From Mobula birostris (taxonomy: Eukaryota), in NCBI RefSeq assembly GCF_030028105.1, contig NC_092379.1:26839821-26903820 (forward strand): 64,000 nucleotides of DNA, read 5' to 3'. Under the pieces are notes generated by a model. That model searched no databases. It was not told the DNA's origin and saw only the letters and a list, made by a program, of their open reading frames with translations. This document shows positions 1 to 13,240 of this stretch, piece after piece. The first letter of the stretch is position 1. Every line of letters starts with the position of its first letter. Made by a program: the position numbers and the translations under genes.

Positions 1-2300
1 TTTATGAAATGGTTTTGCGTAGTCGACAAAACAAACAATCGTTTTGCACTCGAATATTCATTCCGATAGTATCCTTAACATCAATATTCTGCTTCTTATA
101 ACTTTGTCTTTCACCACACCACATTTTTTTTGTCTATTTCAGCTTGTTCTTATTTTTATCCCTTGCCATTAAAATTCTTAGTAATATCTTGGTGAAATGA
201 CACTTTAAAGTTATGGTCCTATATAATTCACATTCTATTGCTCCATCATTCTTAGGAAGAGTGATAAGTACGGTTTTTTTCATCTGTTCTGATATTATTC
301 CAGTCTCATAAATGTCAGTGAATCAACCAGTAAGTTTTACAATTCCATAAAATTTACGGGCAATAAATTGTTCTATAACTAAATTATCAGGACCTGCTGC
401 CTTTTCTTTCTGCATCTTATTTATTGCATAACTATCTTAAGATTTTAAAATACTTGAACCTTCAATGTTTTTTTCTTAATTTTTGGTTTTCGCTTCCATC
501 GTCTTCAAAGCAATCCTGAAAATACTCAGTCCATCTGTTCAGAGTCTCATCTTTTTTTCTCACGATAATGGTACCGTTATTTGCTTTCAAACATCCACTA
601 GAAGAACAAAGGAGCTTTTTAACAGTGATATTTCTGATTTGTTGATATACCCTTTTTAGATCAGTAATAGGGATTCTTTCTATTTTCTCATATTTCCTGT
701 TTAACCATTTTTTTGGCTTTTTGACATCAGCTTTTAACTTTGTTTTTAATCTAAGGACTTATATTGTACTGGATTTGCTTTCTTCCGTATCCTTTCTTCC
801 ATTAGATTTTTGATTTCTTCTGTCATCCTTCTATTCGTTGTGTTTTCCCCCCTTTTTTTAGGAATCACTGAATTTGCTGATTCTACCAAGGCATTCTTCA
901 GCGAGTTACATTTCATTTGTACATGATTGCTATCATCTTCAACAGATTCTATTTCTAGACTTTGAAGCATATTCCATATGTCTTTTTTGTCTTAAGTTTT
1001 CTTCTTTAATTAATTGAAAGTAGTGTTCAGGTATTTTTTTTCTTTTATTAGTTTTTCAAGTTTTACTTTTACATGACATACTACTGGGTTATGGTCACTA
1101 TTACAGTCTGCACCTGGATATGTGTTACATTGAGTCACTGAGTTTCAAAATCTTTGGTTTATAGAAATTAAGTCAATTTGATTTCTAGTGTTATCACCTG
1201 GACTTTTCCAAGTCCACAAGCGAATGGGATGGTTGTTAAAGCAGGTAGTCAGAATGACCTGATTATTCATTCTGTACCATTTGTCACATTTTTCATTTCT
1301 TTCCCCTAGTCCAACTTTTCCCGTGGTATTTCCCTCACACCTTGTCCTTCTTAGCATATAGATCTCCCATGACAATAACAATATATTGAGATTTGCATCT
1401 ATTCTTTGGTTGTTGAGGCATTCGTAAAATTTGTCTATATCTTCATTTGTTCCATCTGTTGTTTTGTGCATATGCCTGTATAATTGCTGAATCAAATGGT
1501 TGTCCTCTGAATCTCACAAGGAGCATTCTTTCTGATATTGCCCAATTTGGTAAGCCACGTGTTGCCATATTTCCATTCGTAACAATTCATACTTCAACAG
1601 TATGGAGTAGGGGATGTTCCACAAAAATAAAGTAGTGTTTGATTTCTAATCTGACATACTCCAGCACCTATCCAACGAACTTCGTTAATTCCCATGATGT
1701 TAAACTTTAGTATTTACACTCCATTTCATTATCACATTGTTCAATCTTCCTGCTGATATAGGGTTCTGACATTCCAAGTGGCAATAATTTTTCTTTTGTG
1801 TGACGTTAATTTTATGAGCAGTAGCTTAATGACGGTCGGGGATCCACAGCCGTCCAGAATCAACCTTACCGAGCGAAATATCTTCGGAGTTGCCTTGAAG
1901 ATGCTCTTGACGCTGTTGCTCTGTGATACATTTTGTGCGTTTGACCATGGTTTTACTAGCATATTGCAATGGTGGTTTGCTATTGCCTACCATTCGGTGA
2001 AATAAAAAAATCGCCATTTCTCTTCCCAAATGTTCCTCCGCCTATACTATAGCCGTTAACATTTGAGGTTGTAGCTCAATAGCCTTCTCCGTCATAAGTT
2101 CAGTTACTGAACGTGCCGGATCTGCCGTTGGTCTTCGCTCGTATCCTGAGCAGGAAACCTTGCAGGTGCTACCGTTCTGGGTCAGAGCGGCCCTGGGAAC
2201 AGTGAATGACTAAAGGGTAACTCCACTTTCCCCAAACCCTGAAAGTCCCCAGTCAGAGCCTCATCACCGGTTACAGTGTAGAGTCATACCCAGGACTGTT
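1..2300 (-). mobile_element. RTE-clade LINE (BovB/RTE-1-like), decayed; 5' region, APE endonuclease and start of RT, running off the window start
   Basis: Minus-strand fragments read IATWNVRTLYQ (APE N-terminus), TWKSPGDNTRNQIDLISINQRF (APE C-terminus) and VCFVDYAKPFHK near position 1-50 (RT). Multiple stops and frameshifts. The 5' boundary is approximate. Confidence 0.8.
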
Positions 2301-2339
2301 TTTTTTCTCTCTCTCTCTCTCTACACCGGCCCATATTCA

Positions 2340-2650
2340 GCCTCTCGTCCCTCTTCTGCTTTCCTTTCTTCCCTTGTCCACTGTCGCCTCCTGTTAAATT
2401 CTTTCGGACTCCGCCCTTTATCTCTTCCTCTTTTCACCTCGGAACTACTAATTCCAAGAAACGCCTGCGTCTGTCTCTCTTTCTTTTCATCTGGTATCAG
2501 CGTTCGACTCCGAGTTTGTCTTCTTTCCAGAAGCTCGTGCTGTTCTATACATATTTGCCCTCTTCTTCCTTTTCTGACTTAATGAAGACTTCTGGCTCAA
2601 AACACCGAGTGTTTATTCTTCTCCTTCGCGCTGCCTGACCCACTTAATTG
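2340..2650 (+). mobile_element. Penelope-like element 3' end, degenerate
   Basis: Pyrimidine-rich tract followed by a degenerate version of the terminal motif seen in other copies (GCTGCCTGACC at ~2630). Confidence 0.45.
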
Positions 2651-4649
2651 TTCATCGTTTGCATGTGCATGTGATGCATGGCCTCTACATGACATGTTGG
2701 ATAACTGATCTCATCCAGATATATTGTTTCGTAGTCCCTTGCATTGTCTACAGACCTACCATACCTGAAGGTATTCGGAAACTTTCTATGATACCAATTT
2801 AAATGCTAACCACATCGCTATGTTTTCTATAAATCTTTGGTTAATGACTTTATGTAATCTGTCAATTCACGCATACTTATTTCAGTTCTAAACGTGTTTT
2901 TTTTTCAATTTCGAACAGAAGCTCTCTTAGAATTCTGCTCCTCTCAGAATTTCCTAGATTTATTAAATTTTAGTTGATTTTCTTTGAAAGAGACGTTTAC
3001 TTATATTACTTTTTTTTATTATTGAAATACGTCTTTTGAGAGTATTCCGAATCTGTTTTCCTTACATAGACATCAACATAAATTGTTCGAAAATCATATC
3101 ATACACGAAGACGGAGATACGAATTAAATATAATTACGTGGAAGTGCTGGAGATTCCCAGAAGTTTCGATATGACCTTTAAAATGGTAAACGGGCTGAAG
3201 CAAAGTGTTGTTTTTAAAAGCCACTAGACCGCATTTTGGCCCATCTAGATTTTTCAGTTGGTGGAGGAGGGTTCCCTGGCGATATTAGGTGACGATGTTG
3301 CAAGTAGATTCAGGATTGAATTTAGTTTTAGTTACTGATTAGGATTTAAGTTATTTTCACTGGCATAGAATTCAACACACGCCGCAATGCTGAAAGTCGT
3401 CATTCATAATCACAGATTCCTTTGAAAAAAAATACTAAAATAAACAGACTTCGCTGAAATCTTTTGGAAAATATTACTCATGATCAGTCCAGAGAAACAG
3501 AGCTGCTCGTGAGCTCGTGGATTAATCGGCGATATAGTTTTAAATAATTTGGGGACGTGATGTTTTATGTTAAAGCGTGTGTGTTTAATATTGAAACGAT
3601 TATTTTTCAGGAGCTCCAGTCATTAAACATACAGATCGAGTTTATTTTGAGGACAGGCGGTTATGATTTCCAACTCTTTTTTCAGCATTCTGCAGTTTGC
3701 ATGTTTCCCGATTTTATCGACTCGGGTCTGCAGCTGAGCGGTGCTCAGTTTACACTCTCAGGATCAAAGTGATATTAATCACTGAAAATATCGACCAGAG
3801 GCCCAGGCCGCCTGGAGTTTTCTAACTCCATCGGTGGTTTCATATACTACCCATCCTTTGTTATATTTCCAATATCTTGAAAACCGTACCATGAGTTCAA
3901 CTGTTTCGGATGGTGTTCACTCCCCCCTATGTTAATACAATGTAGAAACACGCTGTACTTGTTTTTAATGAATATAACCATCCATAATCTAAATGATAAT
4001 CGTACTAATACCTTCACTATGAAACATTTAGAGGTCTAACGTATTTACATTGTCAGTGCTTCAGATTATAACTTTTTCAAAATTTAGCAATAAATACACA
4101 GGTAGAAGTTAGTAACTCATTGTTATTAAGCTGCCGGCCAGCCGAAACCCGAGGAGGTCTCGTCAAAGTATTTGCCTTTTCCCGTTGTGCCTGTTAGTTG
4201 TAAGGACTGCCTAACTTCATTTACTTCTGATGTGAGTTGTGCATAGTGCTTGGTGAATGTGAAAAAAATACTCTATTCATATTTGTTGTAAAATTTCATA
4301 TTATATTTTTTCATAAAGCATAGTGACATGAATTCCCTTATACAGTAATGAACTGGTAAAAAAAGGTAAACATCCGTTTCGATAAAATTGTTTGCATAGC
4401 TATTGTTATATTATAAAGTTAATTTTCTTTTTTTTTCCATTTACTTCGTAAAATTTCTCAAATAATAATAGCGATTACGCTCAAACAACAATGATATTTT
4501 TTTTTTCACATCCGGAGAATGTCGAAAAGGAAGAACAGACGGACTATATAGGACTCCAAAAGTCTGTGAAACAAGAGTAAATTTAATTTTGCGCTGATTA
4601 AGTCTGTGTATAGACTTCGTCGTGTCCAAACAAAAGTGTTTTATTTCTA

Positions 4650-5310
4650 TTGTGGAGGTGTAGTGGACAGTGAGGAACGTTTTCAAAGATTGCAGTTGGA
4701 TTTGGACCTGCTGGAGAAGTGGCTGAAAATCGCAAATGGAGTTTAATATAGACAAGTGTGAGGTGTTGCATTTCGAAGGACAAACAACGGTAGAACATAC
4801 AAGCTAAATGGTAGGGTACTGAGGAGTGCAGCAGAACACAGGGATCTGGCAATACAGACAGAAATTCACTAAAAGTGGCGTCACAGGTAGATAGGGTTGT
4901 AAAGAGAACATTTGGTACATTGGTCTTTAAAAATCAAAGTATTGAGTATAAGAGTTGAAATGTTATGGTGAGGTTGTACAAGGCATTGGTGAGCCGAATT
5001 TGGAGTATTGTGTGCAGGTTTGGTCACAAAATTGCAGGAATGATATTAAAAAAAGGTTGGAAGAGTGCACATACGGTTTACAAGGATGTCGCCGGGACTT
5101 GCGAAGCTGAGTTACAGAGAGAGGATTTTTTTTCACTGGAGCTAAAATAATGAGGGGAGATTTGATAGAGGTATATAAATTATGATTGGTATAGATAGAG
5201 TGAATGCAAGCCGGCTGTTTCCACTGAGGCTAGGGGAGAAGAAAACCAGAGGACATGAGAAAGGGTGAAGTTGGAAAAGTTTAAAGGGAACATTAGGGGT
5301 GGGGTCTTCC
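4650..5310 (+). mobile_element. CR1 LINE fragment (RT C-terminal region)
   Basis: GTGTAGTGGACAGTGAGG...GACAAGTGTGAGGTGTTGCATTT; ORF 4965-5150 reads RLYKALV...CRFG, matching the CR1 ORF2 end found in other copies in the window. Confidence 0.85.
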
Positions 5311-7084
5311 TCACACTTGTCGAGGCATTAGAGCCAGCCAAGTTGTCGAAAGGATCAGTCCTGATGTTGGAGAAGAAATCGGCCAAGGTGTTAAGGTGAC
5401 GGTCGTGATATTGGGAAATGAGACTGCCGTGATATCGAAGGAGCCCTCTGTGTTTCGGAGGAGACTGCGTCAGGAGGAGGTGACATGGCTGCTGATCGTG
5501 GTGCTGCACTTATCACTCGGAAGCATCAAAGATAATGTAGCATAACCATGGGATATTTTCTCGGATATTTCACTTCGTGCCACACCACTCTGATGGACTC
5601 AGAATATATGTGGCTGTAAAGCTGCTACCGTTATCTAGCTGTGGGAAAGACAACGTGAAAGCAGTGCGGCCTCGGAATTTTCTGCTGCCGAACTTGTGAA
5701 ACCGCGGAACCATCAGAACGTTTTGACGGCTCTCGGCTGGGGCCTGGACTCTCGCGTTGCTGATGCTCTCCCGTGTTTGAGCGATAGAATGACAGGCTGC
5801 TGTACTACGGACTGCCGTACATTCTCGTACAGTGTCTTGGACTCTAAATATGTTCGTTTATTATTATTTAAGTGAATATGTTTCTTTTCTCGCTACTTTG
5901 ACTTATGCTACTCTCTAATTTGAAGTTGGCATGTCATTTTCAATGATTCTACTTTGGTCCGATAGAAACGCTGTCTCGATTAACTGTGTGTATGTATAGG
6001 TTGAACATTAAGTATACTTGTTTTGATTTGATTTTACAGATTGTGGAATTTCTTGTAGGAGTTGCAGTTACTTTCTAGTTAGATAAGAGTGTTGCTCATT
6101 TTTTTTTGCTGAAAGAGGGCAGAAAGCGGAGTCTTTGCTGTTCCTTGTATAAGGTCAGGGAAAGTGTTGTGGGGGTAGAGTTTTAGGGATCTAATGTTTT
6201 TACTGTCACTCATTCTTTGAGGCACTCTGTGGTGTTTTCTTAATTGGTTGCGACAGATAAGAATGTCATGACGTCCACTGTATATGTTTCTCTAATATTG
6301 AATAAAACTACTGAGCCATTTCACTATACGGTTAATGTGGTAATTGGTAATCTTCTGTGTATACACATGGCCATGTATGTAAACATATAAGAGAGCTTTG
6401 TGCGGCATGAACTGTGCGTTTTATTTATTTATTTATTTATTTTTGCGTGTATTGGCTTTGTGTTTTTTAAACTGATAATGGAAATATTGTGGTAATCTAC
6501 CTTTCAGACACAAATTGCTGATGAATGTCTAAACACGTCTGATCAGAGAATAAAATATTGCATTCTAAGCCACGGTTACGTGATCCTAAATTATGGATCC
6601 ATATGGTTCGGCATCTAATCTTGTCTTTCGAGCTCAATCGACCACATTGAGCGGAGGATATAATTACTGTCAACCGCTTCTCACAACACTTGGTGCATTA
6701 GAGTCAAAGAACCATCTTCAACCATTTTCTAGTTCATTTCTAGTACTTTCTTCAGCTTCCATCGCAATATCGTCGCATTTATGATAAACACAATTAAATT
6801 CTTTTTATTAATCTACGTCTAATATGAGGACGATATTCTTGAAGCCTACTGTATCCATGCGAGTCATTTTATGTAATACAATGTTCTTCCTTCATATTTA
6901 CTACCACATTTTGGAGAACAGACCTAGTACCTACAGTGGCCACTGCATCTGATACAACTTCTGGCATATCTCCTCTGTCCTTCTGTCGTCACATTTCCTG
7001 CACTTCAGTTACTTGATTTAGACATAGGTATGTGCAATGTTTTATAAAGTTCTATTATCACCTTATATTTGCTTACTCACCATG

Positions 7085-7515
7085 CATCGGGACTGTTCTG
7101 AATCGCCGTTACGGCCAGCATTCTCGGCTAGCTACGGAAACAGTCGGATTCCTACCTAGCTCGGAGTGGCTGACCGCCACTGAGCTGACCCGGAAAACGG
7201 CCGAATCCATACGGCAAAGACAGTTCCGACAACCGGCAGCAAAGCTCCATGAAGCGATGGTTCTCCAGCGCGGCCTAAAGATAGCAAATGGACGCTATAG
7301 CCATCCACCGGCAGCTTGCTCCCAGGATATCTTGACAAAACGAATCAGCAGCCCACACTGGAAACCAAGGCTATTTATATTCCAAACCCTATGATGGGAA
7401 TCAGGTGCCTATGATTAACTCAACTGAAACAAGGGACAGCTGGAAGACCCAGAGTCCTGAATGCACGGACCGGATCGTGAACCGGAATGCAGACTTCACG
7501 GACAGGACCATGACA
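7085..7515 (-). mobile_element. Partial LTR of the same family as the solo LTR at 44509-46289
   Basis: Aligns by eye with ~45865-46289 (GCTACGGAAACAG...CCTACCTAGCTCGGAGTGGCTG) and ends in the same terminus, GGACCATGACA. Confidence 0.8.
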
Positions 7516-7640
7516 TCCTGACAAAGGGGCCCGGTCCGTAAAGTCCACTGCACCTCTTACTATAGATGCTGCCTGGCCTATTGCGTTCCACCAGCGTTTT
7601 TTGTGTGTGCTGCTTGAATTTCCAGCCTCTGCAGATTTGC
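7516..7640 (+). mobile_element. Penelope-like element 3' end
   Basis: ATAGATGCTGCCTGGCCT...TTTCCAGCCTCTGCAGATTT, homologous to the other Penelope termini. Confidence 0.7.
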
Positions 7641-8149
7641 TCGTGTCGACGATAAAGGTTCGGCCATTTTCTTAGATGTATCGATGCAGCTGGGAAAAGC
7701 GACCAGAGCACAAAAGAAACAAAGTAAAATATCCGTTGACCAGGATAGTAGAAATGCGTTGGTGATGTCGAAAAATAATAGTGTTTTCCCCACTTTGTAG
7801 CTGTAGGTCAATTGGCTAGCTTTAACGGTCTGTGCCCGCAGTTTCCAACAGACTATGCTGATCATTGGAACATATCTGATCGTTCAAACGTTGAACATTA
7901 AATTCAGAAGGTAGTGCGTGTAATGGTATAAGATCCTTTGCAGGCGTTCATAAATATTCCGAGGAAATGGAGCAGAAAATATATTTTACGTTTCAGAGCT
8001 GGTGTACCGTATGGAACCCGACTATAGACTTCAAAACTATAAAATGGGTTGTATAAGTATGAAAAATATGAGTCATAGAGAAAGGACGCCCTCTTTAAAC
8101 GCAACAAGTACGGGCAAAAAAAAAGAGCTGGAATTTTGTAGAGGTGCGT

Positions 8150-9000
8150 AGACTTATGACGTAATTACAATAATTTAAAACGCTGGCCTCAGAGATGATG
8201 ATCAATACCGTATCAAAATATAACCTTTACTTAGGAAACAAAGGTGAGATCGTAAACGGATGATCAGCCAAATACATAAGAAATACTTTAAATGCAGGGC
8301 TATTCACGATAGGAGATGGACGGAGACTTAGTTAAGATATCTGGATGAAAAATGAAAAACTTAAGGATAAAGCAACAACATAGGATGTATTTACAGACCC
8401 ACATAATAGTGACAGTGATGTTCATGAGGATCTCTATCAGAATATTTAAAACAATACAAGTTCTGAAGATATTGGTATGGGTGACTTAAATTGCCCAGGT
8501 ATTGAGGGAAGAGGTTGCAGGCAAGGGAATTCATTGATTTATTGAAGGAATGCTTTATGACTCAGAGTGACAATGCAACAATAAAAGAAGAGGCTTGTTT
8601 GGATTTGAATACAGAAATTGTCTGGTCTTTAGCAGAAAATGATCCTACAATGTATTCTCTATTACTCTTGGGGGGTGGGGTGGGCCAGCAGTATATCAGT
8701 GATAATCAGATCCATTAAATTTAATTTCTGAATGGCAAAATTATTGCAAAAGCGTTAAGGACTTCACAGGTAGGTAGACAGGAAGGAACTGTTGAAAGTT
8801 GTATTAGTTGAGACACGTTGGATTGACCGCACTGACACTGGTAACTATAGACTAGAAAGTTTAACGTGTATCTTATCTAAGATATTGAAAACAATAACAA
8901 ATAATGCGTTGGCAAAAGCAACTGATAAGAAGAGGCATATTAGCAGAATGCCAGCGCAGATTGGAAAGTGGAAATCATGCTGGAGTTCTTTGGATAGGCA
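8150..9000 (+). mobile_element. Highly decayed CR1 ORF2 fragments
   Basis: GGGTGACTTAAATTGCCC (GDFN-like motif); ORF 8515-8718 reads EFIDLLKECFMTQ...EACLDL, typical of CR1 APE. Confidence 0.5.
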
Positions 9001-9029
9001 ACTTAAATTCCCGATGACACACACATGGT

Positions 9030-9490
9030 TTTGGACACTGAAAGGTGGGTTTTTGATGGATCGATCAGGAGAATCGATCATTGGCTCTCGGAGTGTGGAA
9101 AAGGGGTGACCGCTGGGAAATTATTAGTTGGGCAACCCTCGCCTGGATTTATAACTGAACCGCAGAAGACGGTCTCCTTTTTGTTCCCACATTCGGTGAC
9201 TCCTAAAGGGCTTTGGAGGACAACAGAAGATCGACGGCATCAGCTCAACTGAAGAACTAAACACCTCTCTCTCTCCAACACTACTCAACTAAATAATATG
9301 CACTGAACTCTACCTATCAAACTAAGACTGTATCCATTTACCTCCGAAACTTGAAGAAGTGTTTTTTTTTTTGTAAATCTGCAATTATATATGTATAATC
9401 ATTGCTAACCTGTTTGGTATATCTCAATTTATATTACTGAATGCATAGTCACTAATTAACGAGCTTTAGTAAATATCAATAGAAGACTAG
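9030..9490 (+). mobile_element. Partial Gypsy LTR related to the Gmr1-like LTRs
   Basis: Shares GATCGATCAGG and GATCGACGGCATCAGCTCA.CTGA with the LTRs at 31246, 40235 and 23714. Confidence 0.75.
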
Positions 9491-9494
9491 CCTA

Positions 9495-9740
9495 GGCCTC
9501 CTGTCCTATTATCCCCTCATATCTCTTCTGCCAGTAACCTGTCCAGATCTTGGCTCCATCCCTCCCCCTCCTGTCTTCGCCGATCATTTTGGATCTCCCC
9601 CTCCCACTTTGAAATCTCTTACCAACTCTTCTTTCAGTTAGTCCTGTCGAAGGGTCTAGGCTCGAAATGTCGACTGTACCTCTTCCTAGAGATGCTGCCT
9701 GGCCTGCTGCGTTCAGCAGCACCTTTGATGTGTGTTGCAC
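9495..9740 (+). mobile_element. Penelope-like element 3' end with mutated hammerhead core
   Basis: Near-colinear with 16599-16840; the core reads CTGTCGA...GAAATGTC. Confidence 0.8.
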
Positions 9741-9959
9741 TAGAATGATTCCGGGAATGAGTGGGTTAACATATGAGGAACGATTAAAAGAAGCAAAATC
9801 AGAGATCAATCTCCTCTGATCAGGGCCGACATTTACAGGCCGGACGGCACCTAATTAATTAGCTCGTTTATTTTGTTGTTTTTTTTTTCTTAAAGATGTG
9901 CTGGGTGCGTTCCGGCTACCACTGAACCCCTGCATGCTTTGCGGCCCGGTATCGGTCCG

Positions 9960-10460
9960 CGGTCTGGAGGTTGTGGACCACTGCACTACACTCGGTCCTT
10001 TCTCTCAAATTGTTAATATATATCATGAACCGTTGAACAACTAGCACCGATCCCTGCTGCACACCAGAGACCACTGATTTCCAAACAGAGTATAATCCAT
10101 GCATCCCATCTCTCTGCTTTCCTGCAGTTAACAAATCCGCTTTCTGTATTAATACATCATGCTTAACTCTATGCAGCCTTATCTTATTGTTCAATCTTTT
10201 ATGTGGCACTTTATCGAACACTTTCTGGAAATCCACGTAGATATCATAGACCTATTCCCTTTCTATCCGCTGTGCGCGTTATATCCTCAAAGACCCCAGC
10301 AAGTTTGTCAAACCAATTATGCATTTGCTGAATCCATGCCACATTAACTAATGGATCTATTATATCCGGATTCCTCTCTATTTCTTGTTCAATAATAGCT
10401 TCACTCATTCTCCTAACCACCAACGTTAAACTAGCTTGCCCAACAGGATTTTATGAAGCC
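9960..10460 (-). mobile_element. CR1 RT fragment
   Basis: ORF 9916-10236 (-) reads MDFQKVFDKVPHKRL...SGVQQGSVL...FMIYINNL. Confidence 0.85.
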
Positions 10461-11100
10461 ATCAGAACAGGTGTTCGATGGTAGTATGAGAATCTGATGC
10501 ATATCACAAGTCGTGAGAGCAGTGACTTCATTGAGAAAATAATGGAATACGACTGATAATGTCTCTAATTGCCTGTCTTGTAAAGACAATGCTCAGAAGA
10601 AGACAGTGCAATACCAAATTCTGTGATAAATAACAACAACAACAACAAGAATTATTATGTCGAAGATCCTGACCACCTATATCATACAAAACGGCACATA
10701 GTGACATTAATGATGGCCATGTTCATTCAGCTGCGTGTTCCTCTCAACAATGAACATCTCTGCGGAAAATACACATCGACATAACACAGATAGTTTTCAC
10801 AATACAACATGTGTGTTTTTTGTCAACGATGCTGCATATTCATGTATGCTTTGTCAACAAGCTTGTCCTATAGAGCATGTTATGTCCTGCATTTTGGCAG
10901 CAATTCATTAGATTCGGTAATATCTGTGTAAAGCAAAATAGAGTCAATCCTAACACGATAACGCAGTCGCATTTTCAACAGATGCCAGCTCACCTGAGAA
11001 ATACATTTTGTGACCCTGTTTTCTTCTTATTACTGACACAAATGTCTTAGAATTGGTTTATAGTAAGAAGCAGAGCTAAAACAATGCTGATCCTGAATGA

Positions 11101-11198
11101 CCAATTTACGTTTCAACGTACCGCGAAAGCAACCAATTGCTTCGTGTGTGTTTTTTTTTTAATTTTGTTACGCTCCCTCTCCCTTTCTATGAACCAAT
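11101..11198 (+). promoter_or_regulatory. Putative promoter of the V pseudogene: three CCAAT boxes
   Basis: CCAAT at 11101, 11133 and 11194, lying 110-210 bp upstream of the leader ATG at 11308. Confidence 0.4.
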
Positions 11199-11307
11199 CA
11201 TGTGTACCTGATGAAAGATCTGCTTTTAGCGCGTTTATGTATACCACTCAGAACAGCAAAACCATTACATTCGACCCTTGCTTGCAGTAATCGACATAGT
11301 AGACGAC

Positions 11308-11744
11308 ATGTGACCTGTTCGATTTTGGTCACTAATCATTATACCTGTCCTGCCGGGTATGTTCAGTTTATAATGTATTTGCGCCTTCTGCGGGTGTTTC
11401 TTTTTCTCTCGGAAAATGCTCATGCTTTCTTGTTTTCTTCCAGGCGCGAGTGCTGAATATTTGGTCATGCAAGATCCGGCAGTATTCACTGTTCAGGAAG
11501 GTCAGTCTGTGCTGTTGAACTGCAGCTACCCTGCAGCCGACACGCTGTTCTGGTATATGCAATATCCTGGACAGTATCAGATAAATTTATTGAAGAGATA
11601 AGGAACAGGGACTGGTGACGACCAATCTTGCTATTTCATAGACCGATTTTCGGCTGAAATAAACAAAGGGACTGCAACGTTTCCTTTCAGAATATTCGAT
11701 GCTCGTACTTCTGACTTCGCGGTGTTTTCCTCTGCCATTGAACC
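11308..11744 (+). pseudogene. TRAV: TCR alpha/delta-type V segment pseudogene (leader exon 11308-11356, 87-bp intron, V exon 11444-11744)
   Basis: Leader reads ATG TGA ...PVRFWSLIIIPVLP G|GTATGT; acceptor TTTTCTTCCAG. V exon reads EYLVMQDPAVFTVQEGQSVLLNCSYPAADTLFWYMQYPGQYQINLLKR*GTGTGDDQSCYFIDRFSAEINKGTATFPFRIFDARTSDFAVFSSAIE. Lesions: stop at leader codon 2, in-frame TAA at 11599-11601, and YYC changed to FSS (second Cys lost). Confidence 0.9.
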
Positions 11745-11783
11745 CACACTACTGCCGAGCGAGAGAATGCCACTTCCAAAACC
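11745..11783 (+). other. Recombination signal sequence, 23-bp spacer
   Basis: Heptamer CACACTA (11745-11751), exactly 23 nt, then nonamer TCCAAAACC (7/9 match to ACAAAAACC), directly after the V exon. Confidence 0.8.
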
Positions 11784-12679
11784 CCTTGTAAAAGTTACAA
11801 TTTGCAGGTGCCAGAGGGCAACCTGCAGAGAACTCTGGTCCCGCGGCAGGTTTTAAAGGACAGTAGGGAGCGAAACAATGACCACAGTGGAAATGCATTG
11901 TGTGAGTTTACGGTAAGACATTGCAGCGCCTTCAGCTGCTTAGCTGGTTGAGTGAAAGTCCTGGCCAATTATTGAATTGACGGAAATTCGTTTGACCTTA
12001 GTGATTATTTTATAGCAATACAAAATACTGCAGTTGTTGTTTGCATTTTTTCTTCTAACTTTTACGCGCATGCCACAGTTCCGCCTCGTGTTCGTAATTG
12101 TCGTACTTCGACTCCATGATGGCAATTGTTGCTAAGGATTTAACGGTAATTAAAGACCTAATTAACAAATCCTTGGGGATACGAATGTCTAAACTACTCA
12201 ATAGCGACGTATCATTTAGAGATAATGCAGTGGATTCGCACAACCACCTGACCCATGCAGCGTTCACGTGTCTTAATGACTTCACCGGACAATATTCGAA
12301 CAAAGGCTTAAACATGGAAGCCACTGGGTCAAAGCTGAAAGAAATTGCACAACATCCTACGAAATCAATCGTGGACCAGCCCCCACAAGTGGATTTCTGC
12401 TGGTTTGCTTGGCTGCCTAAGTCTTCGGAAGATTAATTTCAGTCCCGCCAAACCGGCAAGATTGAGGCGGTTCTCCTTCCCCAAACCCCGGTTTGCGTGG
12501 ATCCCATATAATTTGCTACGCTGTCACAACTCAGTGACAAGAAACAACAGGGAGCACACGGAATAGTGTTAAATGAATGATATTTATGAATCTTAACTCA
12601 AGTGTTATAAAGAAAAAAATGTGAAAAAATACAAAAACGGCCTACTTTAATTAAAGAGACACTTTCAGTACGCTGGATG

Positions 12680-13240
12680 TACGCTGCAGGTCGGGCAGCA
12701 TTAGTTAGAAACGATGATTCGATGTTTCGGGCCGGAACCCTTCATCAGGACTGAAGAATGAAAGATGGAAAGGAGTTGAAGAATGCTTGTAGCTTCAGTT
12801 GAAAGACCAGTAATTTGAAAGTCAAAGCGGTGGGGGAGCGGAAGCATTGACGTCATAATCCTGAAAACAGTGGGTAGTAGAAGAAGGAGGCGGAGTCATG
12901 AGAGCGCTGGAGGAGGGGCTAAAGTGAAATTTGGATAGAGGAATGGAGGAGGGGAGGGAGGTACCGGAAGTTGGAGAATTCTACGTTCATACCAAGCGGC
13001 TGGACACTACCTAGACAGTCTATGAGGTGCTGCTCCTCCAAATTGCGTTTAGCCTCATCATGGCAGTAGAGGAAAACATGTATGGACATATCTGAATGGG
13101 AATAGGAAGCACAGTTCAGATGGGTGGCTACCGGGAGATCCTGTCTGTTGTAGCGGCCGGAGTGGAGGTGTTCGACGAAGCGCTCCCCTAATCTGTGTGG
13201 GGTTTCATCGATGTAGAGGTGGCCGCACCCGGAGCACCGC
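12680..13240 (-). mobile_element. Penelope-like element: GIY-YIG endonuclease C-terminus plus 3' end
   Basis: Minus strand translates GERFVEHLHSGRYNRQDLPVATHLNCASYSHSDMSIHVFLYCHDEAKRNLEEQHL...GMNVEFSNFR, followed by CTGATGAAGGGTTCCGGCCCGAAAC. Confidence 0.85.

Noticed and set aside
11416-11443. In-frame intronic ATG giving a hydrophobic MLMLSCFLP leader; likewise the TTG starts of track ORFs at 55298 and 61915
   Set aside because: These lie in polypyrimidine acceptor tracts or inside the V exon; canonical spliced leader exons exist upstream. The pseudogene would remain dead from its internal stop and Cys loss.
11883-11921. Perfect heptamer CACAGTG downstream of the V pseudogene
   Set aside because: No nonamer at 12- or 23-bp spacing. 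The same applies to isolated heptamers near 24086, 40850 and 56403.
12098-12436. 112-aa plus-strand ORF downstream of the V pseudogene
   Set aside because: No recognisable motif, splice context or J/C features.
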